Positions 10,228 to 20,608 of a DNA stretch of 64,000 nucleotides are shown here, one piece after another (within the stretch, counting starts at the first letter, position 1; every line of letters begins with the position of its first letter). A program made the position numbers and the translations under genes. The notes under the pieces were generated by a model. That model worked only from the letters and a program-made list of their open reading frames with translations, was not told the DNA's origin and ran no database searches. This DNA is from a virus (lineage: Duplodnaviria > Heunggongvirae > Uroviricota > Caudoviricetes): IMG/VR virus record IMGVR_UViG_3300032167_005013. One strand, written 5' to 3'.

Positions 10228-11208
10228 TTAGGCTCTTGTCGAGTCTCTTTGTATTTTAACTTTCGACCAACCTGTATATTCAATAAGTTCTTTTTCAAGT
10301 TCTCTCCTCCTATCGGAAATTTTATCAAAAGAGCCTAAGAAAAAAATCTGACGCATTTTTTTACACCACGTCTGAAGAAGGTCATAGAAACGCATCGCAT
10401 CAGAAGTATTCTTACAGATGACAATACCCATATTTCCGTCATCATATTTGATTATAATCTTGTTTTTATATATGAGAATGCGTTCAATATCATAATCTCT
10501 AACGAGCCCACCAACAATCATATTATCAAATATCCATTTAAAAGTTTTCCTGTCCGTTTTCGGGCAATGACCATATACCCAAAAAGTTTCTTCAACAAAA
10601 CGTTCGCATTTGTCATAAACAACCCATTTGGGGTGATTTGTTATATGTTCAACGAGTTTCCCATATTCATTTCTGAGTTTGGTATTCTGTAAATCCCCGT
10701 TCCTATTTTTCTTAAGAAGAAGATATTCATCGCGACTATCTTTTAAGGAGCCAGCATTAATAACTTTTCTTCTAAAAATAACTTCATCATTTGATTTTTC
10801 AAGAGCATGAAAACACTCGTAAGCGTCTTCAATACTTATGAATTGCCCTATATATTCGTTTTGGCTCCCATTCAAAACCCCAACTATCTTATAATCACAA
10901 TAAACTTTACGACGTTCCTTCTTCTTTTTGGGAATATATCGTCTTTTCTTCTTAGGACCTCGTTTTTTAGGGCGCCCTCTTCTCCTTACATGCGATTTTC
11001 TCCGTTTCTCCCTCTCTCTTTCCTTCTCTTTTTCGGCCTCTTCCGGATGTTCCTCAAGCCATTTTTCATGTTCTAAACGCTCAGCATCCCTCTTTTCCTT
11101 ATTACGTTTACGGGCCTCAATTCCCGCCTCATGCCAACGGCGAATACACTCCTCCCTCGAAAGTGTATTATTAGTTATTTCTTTGCTATTTTCTTTGATT
11201 TCAGACAT
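10228..11208 (-). CDS. Hypothetical protein with basic N-terminal tract and AT-hook-like RGRP motif
   Basis: RRRGRPKKRGPKKKRR in the N-terminal third; ATG at 11208 preferred over GTG at 11211. Confidence 0.7.
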   Translation of the reverse strand: MSEIKENSKEITNNTLSREECIRRWHEAGIEARKRNKEKRDAERLEHEKWLEEHPEEAEKEKEREREKRRKSHVRRRGRPKKRGPKKKRRYIPKKKKERRKVYCDYKIVGVLNGSQNEYIGQFISIEDAYECFHALEKSNDEVIFRRKVINAGSLKDSRDEYLLLKKNRNGDLQNTKLRNEYGKLVEHITNHPKWVVYDKCERFVEETFWVYGHCPKTDRKTFKWIFDNMIVGGLVRDYDIERILIYKNKIIIKYDDGNMGIVICKNTSDAMRFYDLLQTWCKKMRQIFFLGSFDKISDRRRELEKELIEYTGWSKVKIQRDSTRA

Positions 11209-11247
11209 CACTAAAACGTTTAAATATCAATAAATTATCAAACACAC

Positions 11248-11255
11248 TATAAATA
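11248..11255 (-). promoter_or_regulatory. TATTTATA candidate late promoter
   Basis: 39 nt upstream of ATG 11208. Confidence 0.55.
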
Positions 11256-11275
11256 TCATTTTTTCGTCAAAAAAA

Positions 11276-11307
11276 TTTGTTTTTTTCCCTATTAAAACCT
11301 ATCTTTG
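11276..11307 (+). promoter_or_regulatory. Bacteroidota primary-sigma promoter (-33 TTTG / -7 TAnnTTTG)
   Basis: TTTG at 11276-11279, 20-nt spacer, TATCTTTG at 11300-11307, upstream of ATG 11331. Confidence 0.8.
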
Positions 11308-11330
11308 CAACATTAAATGAAATAAAAATT

Positions 11331-11813
11331 ATGGGAAAGAAAAATTTAACAGTAGCAAGCCCCGAATATGAGGAATTGGTAAAAGAAGTTGTTAAAGAAC
11401 GTACCGACCTAAGTGGTTACGTTGAATTCAAGGTTTTTAATATTAAGAAATCGAAGAAAGAAGTTACAAAGGTTCAGAAAGCAAATGAAATTGTTGAACT
11501 TGCCCTTGACATGGAAGATGTTGTTGTCATTTCAATATATGAAGCAGCCTTTGACCTCGTGGATGACCAAACAAAGCGTCTTTGGATAGAAAACGCTCTC
11601 GCTCCAGTACACTATGATATGGAAAAAGATAAAGTTGTAATTGGTGGGGAACCAACAATTACAGTCTCTCTCGGAATGTACCATAAGTATAAGGATATCA
11701 TCATACAGAAACTTGAACTTGCTGCATTAACTCTTCAACAGATAGAAGATGAAGAAAAGAAACGCAAGGCTGAGGAAAAGGCACTTAAGAAAGCAAAGAA
11801 GAAAAATTCTTAA
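11331..11813 (+). CDS. Putative phage metallopeptidase-family-like protein, apparently lacking HExxH
   Basis: VVISIYEAAFDLVDDQTKRLWIENALAPVHYD resembles the putative phage metallopeptidase pattern, with NALAP where HEL.H is expected. ATG 11331 preferred because the track start (TTG 11277) lies inside the promoter. Confidence 0.5.
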   Translation: MGKKNLTVASPEYEELVKEVVKERTDLSGYVEFKVFNIKKSKKEVTKVQKANEIVELALDMEDVVVISIYEAAFDLVDDQTKRLWIENALAPVHYDMEKDKVVIGGEPTITVSLGMYHKYKDIIIQKLELAALTLQQIEDEEKKRKAEEKALKKAKKKNS

Positions 11814-11817
11814 AATA

Positions 11818-11845
11818 AAAAAGCATCGCCATGGCGATGCTTTTT
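11818..11845. terminator. Bidirectional intrinsic terminator
   Basis: Perfect 28-bp palindrome AAAAAGCATCGCCATGGCGATGCTTTTT between convergent genes. Confidence 0.9.
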
Positions 11846-11854
11846 CTTATTAAC

Positions 11855-13297
11855 TTAGTTATTTTCACTTGGGTCAGTTGAAAACTCATTATACTTTTCA
11901 ACTTCCTCAATAATTGGTACTTCTTCTCCTATTTCTTCTGCTATTTCTTCTGGAGTTGCTTGATAAAAACCTTCTTTTACATATGATTTATTTGAGGCAA
12001 TCAAGTTTTTAGCTTTAATATTATCCATCACCACTGCATCCCCTTCAATGTGAGTATTACCATTAACATATAAATCCATTTCTCTCTCAACACCAAAAGT
12101 GACACCCTTAAGCGTAACTCCAATATTAGGGAGCGAATAAAGTCTTGTCACCTCCGGCATTTCACGAAGCCCCCCACCATCTACACTAAGATATCCGTCT
12201 TGTTCAAGATATCCTAAAAGATGAAATACTTTATCATTTACAGGTTCACCATACCATCCATCAATATCCCCATCTTCCGTGGCACCTTCCTCATAATCAT
12301 AATCATTTCTATCGCCTGAAACATCACCCAGTGGTACAATCTCTATTTTACTTCCACCACCAACGATAGTGGTTGGCCCATCATTATTATCATTATTATT
12401 ACTATTATCGATTTTTTCATTAAGGTCATCAACGTAAGATTTAAGCCGCTCAAACTCATTTAGTAAAGTATTATACAGACCTTCTATATTACCAATACGC
12501 TGAAGAATTGTCTCTAAATCAAGTTTCGATATCTCGTCTGCCAAATCATCCACGCGCTTACTTAAAGCCTCTAAGTCTGTTTTCTTAGCATATTCTGATA
12601 AATCATTAGTATTTTCATCCCCCTTTTCTCCCTGAGGTCCCTGAGCCCCATCTTTACCATTCCTGATTACAAACATATATTCAGGAGCATTTTTTATTAC
12701 TCCTGAATTAGGGTCTTCCATCGCAGGATTATCTTCCATATATATACCATACACGTCAATATACCCCGGCATACCGGCTCGTACAGTTTCACTTGCAGCC
12801 TGATATGTCACACTATTAATATCAACCCCATTATTATTATCATCTTTGATAGAACCAAGATAACGAGTTCCTTTAATACCAACACCCCTTAAATCAGCAC
12901 AATTTTCAGAATCCACATTAAAATACACGTCAGCACTAAGTATATCGGCATTCCCCAAACCCTTCCAATCAGAAATTGTAGTAATTTCATTTTCCCCAAT
13001 TTGAGTAAGAGCACCATTTGTTGCGCCGGATATTTTAGCCAGCATAGCATCAAATGCGTCCTGATATGCTGCAAGCCCCCCTTCAGAATTTTTGCCAAAT
13101 TTATCCTCAGCCGCAGTTCCCACAGCACGTAAAAAGTAATCGGTTAAAGGGGTGTTCGACAAGAAACCATATTCCAAACTATACTTCGCTTCAGGGTTAT
13201 TTTCTGTTTTAGGCCCCGTACATGCTTCTAACTTGTATGGTGGAAGAATATATGCATATTTATTGGAGTCGAGTCTCCAAGCGTAAGTTACTGCCAT
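11855..13297 (-). CDS. Tail fibre-like protein with short collagen-like repeat and coiled coil (480 aa)
   Basis: GKDGAQGPQGEKGD Gly-X-Y run followed by a heptad segment. Confidence 0.55.
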   Translation of the reverse strand: MAVTYAWRLDSNKYAYILPPYKLEACTGPKTENNPEAKYSLEYGFLSNTPLTDYFLRAVGTAAEDKFGKNSEGGLAAYQDAFDAMLAKISGATNGALTQIGENEITTISDWKGLGNADILSADVYFNVDSENCADLRGVGIKGTRYLGSIKDDNNNGVDINSVTYQAASETVRAGMPGYIDVYGIYMEDNPAMEDPNSGVIKNAPEYMFVIRNGKDGAQGPQGEKGDENTNDLSEYAKKTDLEALSKRVDDLADEISKLDLETILQRIGNIEGLYNTLLNEFERLKSYVDDLNEKIDNSNNNDNNDGPTTIVGGGSKIEIVPLGDVSGDRNDYDYEEGATEDGDIDGWYGEPVNDKVFHLLGYLEQDGYLSVDGGGLREMPEVTRLYSLPNIGVTLKGVTFGVEREMDLYVNGNTHIEGDAVVMDNIKAKNLIASNKSYVKEGFYQATPEEIAEEIGEEVPIIEEVEKYNEFSTDPSENN

Positions 13298-13315
13298 TGT
13301 ATTATATATTTTATC

Positions 13316-16300
13316 TTATTCGTTATTTAATATTGCTGATTGTAAATAAGTTCTATGATAACAGAATACATCCCATCCCGTCATCGGTACCTTATACTTA
13401 AATATCGTCGTTGAAGGGATTATTTGCTTAACATAATGCATTGCTGAGTCATCTATAAACTCATACATGCTGTTCGGCGCCTGTAAATCAGGGATAAATT
13501 CAATATATAACGCTTTTGTGTTTATAATTGAATTAGCCGCCGCTTCATCATCTACTGAACCACCCTCCATATTATATGGAGTCATTATTGGGTATTGCCT
13601 GCTATTGAAAAGGCCTGTCGAACCATCCCCTTCGTCCCTGCGGTCTTCATAGAAACGAGGTGAGTCTCCGATTCCAACACTCGGTACCTCATGACCCAAT
13701 TCATCATATTTATTACCCCCCACATGAGAGAGAAGTTGGAGGTTGTGAGTCATTGACAAATCAGTAAAATACCAACATTTAATATTGTCGATTTCTTTCT
13801 TCATATTAAAACCAATTGTCTGACCACTAAGATTTTCCATACCTTCCCAATTAAAGGAATCTGTCCACGGGAGTACTCTATCATCGACATAATCGAATTC
13901 TTCGTTATCCCTTGCAGGTTTGAACATATCTTCAAAGAATACTTTATATTCTTCTCCGTCATCATATTCACCCTTACCTGAGTGAGGCGCATTTCCAAGA
14001 TTGTTTTCAACAATACTTTCAAGGTAGAAAACCTTTTGAGCATCCCTTGTCTTACCTTCTTTCAATTCTTCCTCACTGATATTCTTCCAACCACATTTTC
14101 TCGTTGGATATTTTCTCCATTTAAGGTTAGGATATCCGGGCTCGTTAGTTGGGTCATCCACAAGTTCCCCTTCTTCATTAAAATATTCCCCATCATTTTC
14201 AATGGTCATATTACCATTTTCATCCCTGATAACACCCAAAACCTCATCATATGCCGTATCCTTAAGGATGAAATAATGAGACATTGTTGGTTGGGGTTCC
14301 TCTCCTATAAGTCCCCAATCATACTTATCTTGTTCAGTAATGTCATATACATAATAGACATCATTAGTCTTAGGGTATTCACCCACGATATTCAGAAGGT
14401 CAGAAATCTTATCTTGAAACCTGAGATATTTAACACCTTCATCATAAACTTTCAATTCCTCTGTGGTTTCAATGTAGACATCACCATATTCAGGAACTGT
14501 GGTTGTCTTTATCTCCGTAAGCCCCCACCCACCTTTGGATTCAAAATAAATGTCTGTATCATAATCTTTATTGCGGTCAAACCAAGGTATTAGATAATTG
14601 GCTTCTTTACTTTCATACCCAACTGTTATGCCTTCCACAATTTTACCATCATGGTAAGCAATACCCGTTTTAATTGGTTCTTGCGTCATTGTCACAACCT
14701 CACGAACAGGTAACCCCTGAAAATCATCAGCATTATCGGAATCAAACGATACTTTTGTTGAGTTTACGCCTCTTACCAAATCTGCAGCCCCCTCTTTATA
14801 TAAAAGGCTATCTTCATCAGCAACATAAACATACTCAGTTATGTCATATACATTCCTTAAAATATCCTTTCTCTCATCCTCAGTCATATCAGCCCAATGT
14901 ACAGTTTTCACCACCCCATTTCTGAAAATATCATGGAACGAATGTTCCACAAAATTAAGAGAGTGATATCCAAAAAGAGCAAGAACCATTTCAATTGACC
15001 TTTTAGTTCCCTTTGCCGAAAGAATTGCACCTGAATTTAAAAGAAGGCGTCTATAAAATTCATAATTGGCATCCTGAACTGTATATCCTGTCGTATGACT
15101 CGGATAAAGCGCCGAAGTTTCATATTTGCTTAATTTGGTAGGGACAGGAATACGAACATCCCATCCATAGTTAGTAAGGCTATCAGACAGGAACATGTCA
15201 GGGTTGTTGTTCGCCTCATCATAGGTGGTAGCATTCGCATAGGAAACACCATCTATATATCTCTTCAATTCATCAAATTCCCTACCGACAACATGCATAA
15301 AAGCCTTTATTCTCTGTGAATTAGGAGAATCATATTCTTCAGACACGCCATCTTTGTTGACTTTTGTTAATGTCCAATCATATGCAACAATCGCCTCATG
15401 GGTCATTGACCGCCATATATTATTTGTGTAGTATTCATCATAAAATTTGGCAATGTTCAACAACGATTCCAAATATTCTTTATAACGTACACTTGAAATA
15501 TCTATATTCCAATCACCATTACCAGTTTTCGGCCACGCATAAGCCTTACGATAACTCACATTTCCCCTGTTGGTCTCCATAGGCGTATCTAATAGTATTG
15601 AATACCCTGTCTTCCTATTAAGAATTGCTGCCTGAAAATCGTCAAGGTCGTTAAAAAACTTATTTATCACCTTATTCTTAGGACGAATCGAAACATTTTG
15701 ATATGTGCCATCATGGAAAAGGCGTTTCTCCCCATTAATATTGTAATAATAAAGAATTACATGGTTATTTCCATCGAAAGGGGCGCCAAGGTCTATGATT
15801 GACAATAATGTACCATTCATAGTGCAATCATTTCCACCCATGAGGTTTCGAGTCCATGTAAGCGGTCCCATCTGTGAACCATTATGGATTACATAATCCT
15901 CATAAGAACTACTGAAAATTCGTAAAGGTTCATCAATTTTCTCATCAGGAAAAACAATCGCATCCATGTTTATATTAAATGGATTGTCCACATTGTATAA
16001 TCGTCTTCCATCAAAATCCACATGAGTATCCATAAGATAAATCTCACCGGGGAAATGATTGATTATCCCACGCACTGATGATTCCACCAATTTTTCAGCA
16101 GAGCCATAATAAGCAAAATCAAGAAGTGATGTATAATTTGGCTTTAAGAGTGTTCTTGAAAAGTTTGTAGTTGCGAGGGTTTCATCCTCACCCATACATT
16201 TAAGTGACCAATATGTACTAACGGTATCACATGACTCATTTTTAAGCCACGAACCATACTGATGTTTCTTTTTGAGATTGATTCCATCATCAATAACCAT

Positions 16301-16465
16301 TTTGAAACCGTTAAGCCCATATGCAGGAAGACTTCCCGGTGCATATGTGTTCAAGTCGGAAATGGTCATCCAATCCCTTTCATAGATATTTCCAATATTT
16401 GTTGACTGATGCAATTGTTTTATTGTATAATTGCTTCGAGTCTTCATGAAACGGTTTCTTGCCAT
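13316..16465 (-). CDS. Baseplate wedge-like structural protein (1049 aa)
   Basis: LSAKGTKRSIEMVLALFG resembles the KGT motif of P2 gpI/T4 gp7-type wedge proteins; lies in the baseplate cluster. Confidence 0.5.
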   Translation of the reverse strand: MARNRFMKTRSNYTIKQLHQSTNIGNIYERDWMTISDLNTYAPGSLPAYGLNGFKMVIDDGINLKKKHQYGSWLKNESCDTVSTYWSLKCMGEDETLATTNFSRTLLKPNYTSLLDFAYYGSAEKLVESSVRGIINHFPGEIYLMDTHVDFDGRRLYNVDNPFNINMDAIVFPDEKIDEPLRIFSSSYEDYVIHNGSQMGPLTWTRNLMGGNDCTMNGTLLSIIDLGAPFDGNNHVILYYYNINGEKRLFHDGTYQNVSIRPKNKVINKFFNDLDDFQAAILNRKTGYSILLDTPMETNRGNVSYRKAYAWPKTGNGDWNIDISSVRYKEYLESLLNIAKFYDEYYTNNIWRSMTHEAIVAYDWTLTKVNKDGVSEEYDSPNSQRIKAFMHVVGREFDELKRYIDGVSYANATTYDEANNNPDMFLSDSLTNYGWDVRIPVPTKLSKYETSALYPSHTTGYTVQDANYEFYRRLLLNSGAILSAKGTKRSIEMVLALFGYHSLNFVEHSFHDIFRNGVVKTVHWADMTEDERKDILRNVYDITEYVYVADEDSLLYKEGAADLVRGVNSTKVSFDSDNADDFQGLPVREVVTMTQEPIKTGIAYHDGKIVEGITVGYESKEANYLIPWFDRNKDYDTDIYFESKGGWGLTEIKTTTVPEYGDVYIETTEELKVYDEGVKYLRFQDKISDLLNIVGEYPKTNDVYYVYDITEQDKYDWGLIGEEPQPTMSHYFILKDTAYDEVLGVIRDENGNMTIENDGEYFNEEGELVDDPTNEPGYPNLKWRKYPTRKCGWKNISEEELKEGKTRDAQKVFYLESIVENNLGNAPHSGKGEYDDGEEYKVFFEDMFKPARDNEEFDYVDDRVLPWTDSFNWEGMENLSGQTIGFNMKKEIDNIKCWYFTDLSMTHNLQLLSHVGGNKYDELGHEVPSVGIGDSPRFYEDRRDEGDGSTGLFNSRQYPIMTPYNMEGGSVDDEAAANSIINTKALYIEFIPDLQAPNSMYEFIDDSAMHYVKQIIPSTTIFKYKVPMTGWDVFCYHRTYLQSAILNNE

Positions 16466-17337
16466 TACTCTTCGGCTTCAATTATGTTATTATAATTCTG
16501 TGAGGTATCCACACTGTTTTTATTAAGTTTAATATCATAAAGAGGTTTACCAAGCCTTGTTTTAACAGTATAAGTCTCATACTGTTTGTAGATTTCATGG
16601 TCATTGTTATAAACAGTAAACGTACCATTGTCAAGATTACGCACTTGGTCGCCTTCCAACATATATGAAAGAGTCTCAGCATCATGGTCAACCATTTCTA
16701 TTTCAAACATAACAGGATTAAACTTAGTGTTGGAAATACGTACAACCTGTCCCGCTTCGCCAATACTTGGCATGAGGTTAGCAGTAAAACCATTTGCTGT
16801 TGAAGGGGTTACTGTACAAAAAATCAATTTACCATTGCTCGAACCCGCATTTCCTGAATTGGTATATAGAGCAAATTTAGTTTGCCCTGCAGTAGGCACA
16901 ACATAGCATTTATTACTCGACGTTATTATACGTGTGAATTCTTCTTCAACATCTCCATACTGTATTCTATAACCTACCAAAGCATTATCAACATTAAGGC
17001 TTGAATCAAGTTTATCAGCCTCAAAAATAACACCACGAATATCAGAATAATTCTGAAGACTTGAAACTGCATAAATTGGGATTTCTATTTCCTTTGGCTT
17101 AATATAAATGGTATATATTCCCTTACTACCGAAAATAGATAACGGAAGTTTCATGTTATAAAGGCCATCAATATTTACCATGCCATCAGTTGTTGCCTTA
17201 ATAAGATTAGATGTATCCAATTTCTTGAAAGTAGTTGTACTATCATAACTCCTATCAGGTTTATAACTATAGAAAATCTCAACATCCTTATTGATGTTGA
17301 TATTTGCAGGTTTTACTGTTCCATATATTCCACTCAT
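16465..17337 (-). CDS. Virion structural protein (290 aa)
   Basis: Long ORF, TAATG-coupled to the next gene. Confidence 0.65.
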   Translation of the reverse strand: MSGIYGTVKPANININKDVEIFYSYKPDRSYDSTTTFKKLDTSNLIKATTDGMVNIDGLYNMKLPLSIFGSKGIYTIYIKPKEIEIPIYAVSSLQNYSDIRGVIFEADKLDSSLNVDNALVGYRIQYGDVEEEFTRIITSSNKCYVVPTAGQTKFALYTNSGNAGSSNGKLIFCTVTPSTANGFTANLMPSIGEAGQVVRISNTKFNPVMFEIEMVDHDAETLSYMLEGDQVRNLDNGTFTVYNNDHEIYKQYETYTVKTRLGKPLYDIKLNKNSVDTSQNYNNIIEAEE

Positions 17338-17342
17338 ATCTC

Positions 17343-18983
17343 CTAAAGTCCAAAAATATTATTCGAATAATTTTCAATATCACTCATTGTATTAACTTCC
17401 CCCATTTTATAATGAAGTTCAAAAGCCGATATGAATCCCCTATCAATAACCACATCATCAACATTTTCTATCAACGTTTCAGACCTACCAAAATTATAGT
17501 CTTCCATTATAATGATGTTGTTTGATATATCCTCCGTATTTCCCGTATAAGGTATAATCTTATCCTCATTATCAGAGTTTTTACTAGTATTAGTATAAAA
17601 ACTAATCGTAGCAATACCATCATCAGGGATATCATAAATTTTAACTTCTTTACTACCACTTATTAAGGTTTTATCATTGAAAGCATTGACCTCGACACCA
17701 TTTTTAAGCATTATATATCGTCTTTCAGGGTCATTGCTGTAATCATACATGCGAAAAGGTATTTCCTCTACATATACAACACCCTCTATCATCTCACCAC
17801 GTTCAAAACCATCTTCATCAAAACTCCAAATCTTTGTTGTATCATCATAATGAAGCCTGCCACCAATTACATATTTGATAATATCTGTAGTTTCACCTGT
17901 CTGAATATCAAAAATCATATCCCCATATATCACCACCTCATCATCAATTATTTCAGTGGAAGTGTTTTTTGGATAACCAATCATATAAGGATTTGTCATT
18001 GTCAAACTCTCTCCATCCTCATTTTCAAGTAATACAACAGGTAATTCTTCATCAAAAGTAATTCCATCAACCGTTCTTTCGCAATAACTTACCTTACTAT
18101 GGCGAAGATACTTAAGTTTACTTGGTTCAGTGATTGTGTGTTTTATAATGTATCTATCTTTCTCCTCCTTATCCGAGATAACATCAGTCACTGTATAAAT
18201 ACCAATATTATGAAAATCAGCGTTTAGTGATAACGACAAAACCATTTCAGGAGAAACAGGTTCACCATTAGTAAGATAAAGGGATTTCTTCCAATAGTCA
18301 ATTTCTTCAGAAATTCCAAGTTTTTTCCCGCCAAGATAAGTTAAAAATGAATCGCCCCCATACATTTCATAATCATTAACAGCACAACAATCCTCTCCTC
18401 TTTTCATCTCCCTCAACATCTCGATATATGCAGGGACCTCAGTATAATACATCATCTCAGGAACATAATTATCCCCAAGATATTTAGAATCAACGATGAA
18501 TATACCAAAAGCCTTTAAAATAAACTCAAGCATCATCACCCCACCGTTTTCTTCAAACGTCGAATCCCCATAAAGGCCATAAAGATTATCATCATAATCC
18601 CCTCCGGCCGGATAAACAGGAATCTTATGTTTTTCACTCCAATCAGGGATATAAGGAATTTTCAACTCTTCACCATTTTTTGTTATTTTCTGATAATAAA
18701 CAGCATTATTCATTACCCTCCTTAGAACCCTATATTTCTTAACAATATCATTAAATGATATCCTTGCAGCCTTGTCATCTTCAGTATATCCAAAATAAAC
18801 TTTCAGATTTTCAAAACCCGAGCAACGGCAAACATCTATGTCATAAGGGTATTCACCCCAATTCCCATGGTCGGGGAATACAGGCATCCCCATCTCGTTG
18901 TATTCAATTCCAACAAACGGGATAAAACTATGCTGCCTACTCTTAAAATTTTCGGTAGATATTTGTCTTTCAATTACCTCCAT
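17343..18983 (-). CDS. Virion structural protein (546 aa)
   Basis: Long ORF in the co-oriented structural cluster. Confidence 0.65.
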   Translation of the reverse strand: MEVIERQISTENFKSRQHSFIPFVGIEYNEMGMPVFPDHGNWGEYPYDIDVCRCSGFENLKVYFGYTEDDKAARISFNDIVKKYRVLRRVMNNAVYYQKITKNGEELKIPYIPDWSEKHKIPVYPAGGDYDDNLYGLYGDSTFEENGGVMMLEFILKAFGIFIVDSKYLGDNYVPEMMYYTEVPAYIEMLREMKRGEDCCAVNDYEMYGGDSFLTYLGGKKLGISEEIDYWKKSLYLTNGEPVSPEMVLSLSLNADFHNIGIYTVTDVISDKEEKDRYIIKHTITEPSKLKYLRHSKVSYCERTVDGITFDEELPVVLLENEDGESLTMTNPYMIGYPKNTSTEIIDDEVVIYGDMIFDIQTGETTDIIKYVIGGRLHYDDTTKIWSFDEDGFERGEMIEGVVYVEEIPFRMYDYSNDPERRYIMLKNGVEVNAFNDKTLISGSKEVKIYDIPDDGIATISFYTNTSKNSDNEDKIIPYTGNTEDISNNIIIMEDYNFGRSETLIENVDDVVIDRGFISAFELHYKMGEVNTMSDIENYSNNIFGL

Positions 18984-20608
18984 TAGGATATTCCTTTTAT
19001 TCTTGGTTCAAATAAATTCAAAACTATCTTACCATCATTGTCATCAGCAAATGGGAAATGATAAACGTATTGTTTCAATCTCTTATCAAACCATATTTCA
19101 AGAGGGATGAGAATTGCATTCTGATAACCCTCAAAATCAAAATCTGTCAACATATTACCATTCCCATCATCAACAACCGGTGTAAAATTCATTGGGAATC
19201 CTGCATCTGTTGCTAAAATAATCTTCCCTTTCTCATCACGTGGAAGCATCATAGGTACTGTTTTTCCATAACCTGCATGATTAAATTCCACTTTCATATA
19301 AATAGTTCGAGGAATACTTTCCCCTTCAATTTCAGACGGGAAAAGATAAAGATAAAAACCCTCACTTGATTTCTCTGACAAATATTTTCCCTTTACTGAG
19401 AATCTTGCACTAAGTCTCAAATCGTCTTCTGTTCTACCTGAGTCAAATATTGGTAAACCTTTCAATGAAATGGCATTATAAGTACGATAAAGTTCACCTG
19501 CATCAAGAAAAATTGTCGAATACCCCAACAATTCTTTTTTCAACATTTCTTTCGATGAATAAAACATAAGACGTATAAATGATTTTTTCACTTTCATCTT
19601 ACTAAACCTAATATCATCGGCTGTAAAACCAAGAACATCAAGTTCATCAGCATATGTGTCATCGAAACCATTCGTTGTATATCTAAGAACATCATCAGTT
19701 TCAGTTTCAGTATCCCCTCCCTTTCTAATTTCAAGTCCATTCCAAAGTTGTTCATCTGTCGTTCTCCACCCCTCACGAATAACTCTATTAGTAGCATCGC
19801 TATCAAATCTATTTCTGAAATGAAGATTAAACTCAATTTCGTTTACCGGTTTATATCTTTCACCTATAATAGATGTCGCATTCGAATATCGAATAACAGG
19901 TATAAATTGTTGTTTTTCATTATCCACAATCTCAGGCACAATAGTGCTTTTTACTGCTTCAAAATACCCATTTAAAATTGCTTGTTCATCATTAAGGCGA
20001 TATGATGGTTCATGTGTTAAAGGGAGGGACAACTCCATGCCCAAAACATTCTCCTGAAAAACAATATCAGTATTAAAGCCATCTTCATTAATGAACCAAT
20101 CATTCTTAATGTCAACAAATCCACGGCCCACAAACCCAATTGGTCTTGAACACATTATCGTTCGGGACGCCGCATCTTCTTCATTTGTGGGGTCCCTGTT
20201 TTCATCATAAGAAATGTATACTCCGCCATTAAAAACCTCTCCCAAATATCTCAAAGACAAATTTTTAACATCTTTAACAACCGTATGTAAATTATCTTCA
20301 AGAAGTTCAATCAACGCATTTTCATTTGCAGCGCCAAAATTCTCAACTTGCAATGTTAAATACTCAGGAATATACACAACAAAACTCTTTTCATCCCTTA
20401 CAACATAATTATATGTTTTTTCAATGGGACGAAAGCCTTTATCATAATAAAGGCAAAGTGCCCCCTCATCAGGCAAATTATGTTTTCCCACACATGTAAC
20501 AACAATAGGTAACAACCCATCTTCACCAACAGGCAAAATATCAGCAGTCAAATACTCTATTGGTCTTCTTTGTGCTTTTATATTTCTATTAATTACTAAA
20601 GTTCGCAT
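18983..20608 (-). CDS. Virion structural protein (541 aa)
   Basis: Long ORF; overlaps both neighbours (1 nt and 13 nt). Confidence 0.65.
   Translation of the reverse strand: MRTLVINRNIKAQRRPIEYLTADILPVGEDGLLPIVVTCVGKHNLPDEGALCLYYDKGFRPIEKTYNYVVRDEKSFVVYIPEYLTLQVENFGAANENALIELLEDNLHTVVKDVKNLSLRYLGEVFNGGVYISYDENRDPTNEEDAASRTIMCSRPIGFVGRGFVDIKNDWFINEDGFNTDIVFQENVLGMELSLPLTHEPSYRLNDEQAILNGYFEAVKSTIVPEIVDNEKQQFIPVIRYSNATSIIGERYKPVNEIEFNLHFRNRFDSDATNRVIREGWRTTDEQLWNGLEIRKGGDTETETDDVLRYTTNGFDDTYADELDVLGFTADDIRFSKMKVKKSFIRLMFYSSKEMLKKELLGYSTIFLDAGELYRTYNAISLKGLPIFDSGRTEDDLRLSARFSVKGKYLSEKSSEGFYLYLFPSEIEGESIPRTIYMKVEFNHAGYGKTVPMMLPRDEKGKIILATDAGFPMNFTPVVDDGNGNMLTDFDFEGYQNAILIPLEIWFDKRLKQYVYHFPFADDNDGKIVLNLFEPRIKGIS

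Noticed and set aside
17339-17345. SD site (AGGAG) before ATG 17337
   Set aside because: Only a 2-nt spacer, and it overlaps the upstream stop codon; unlikely to be functional.
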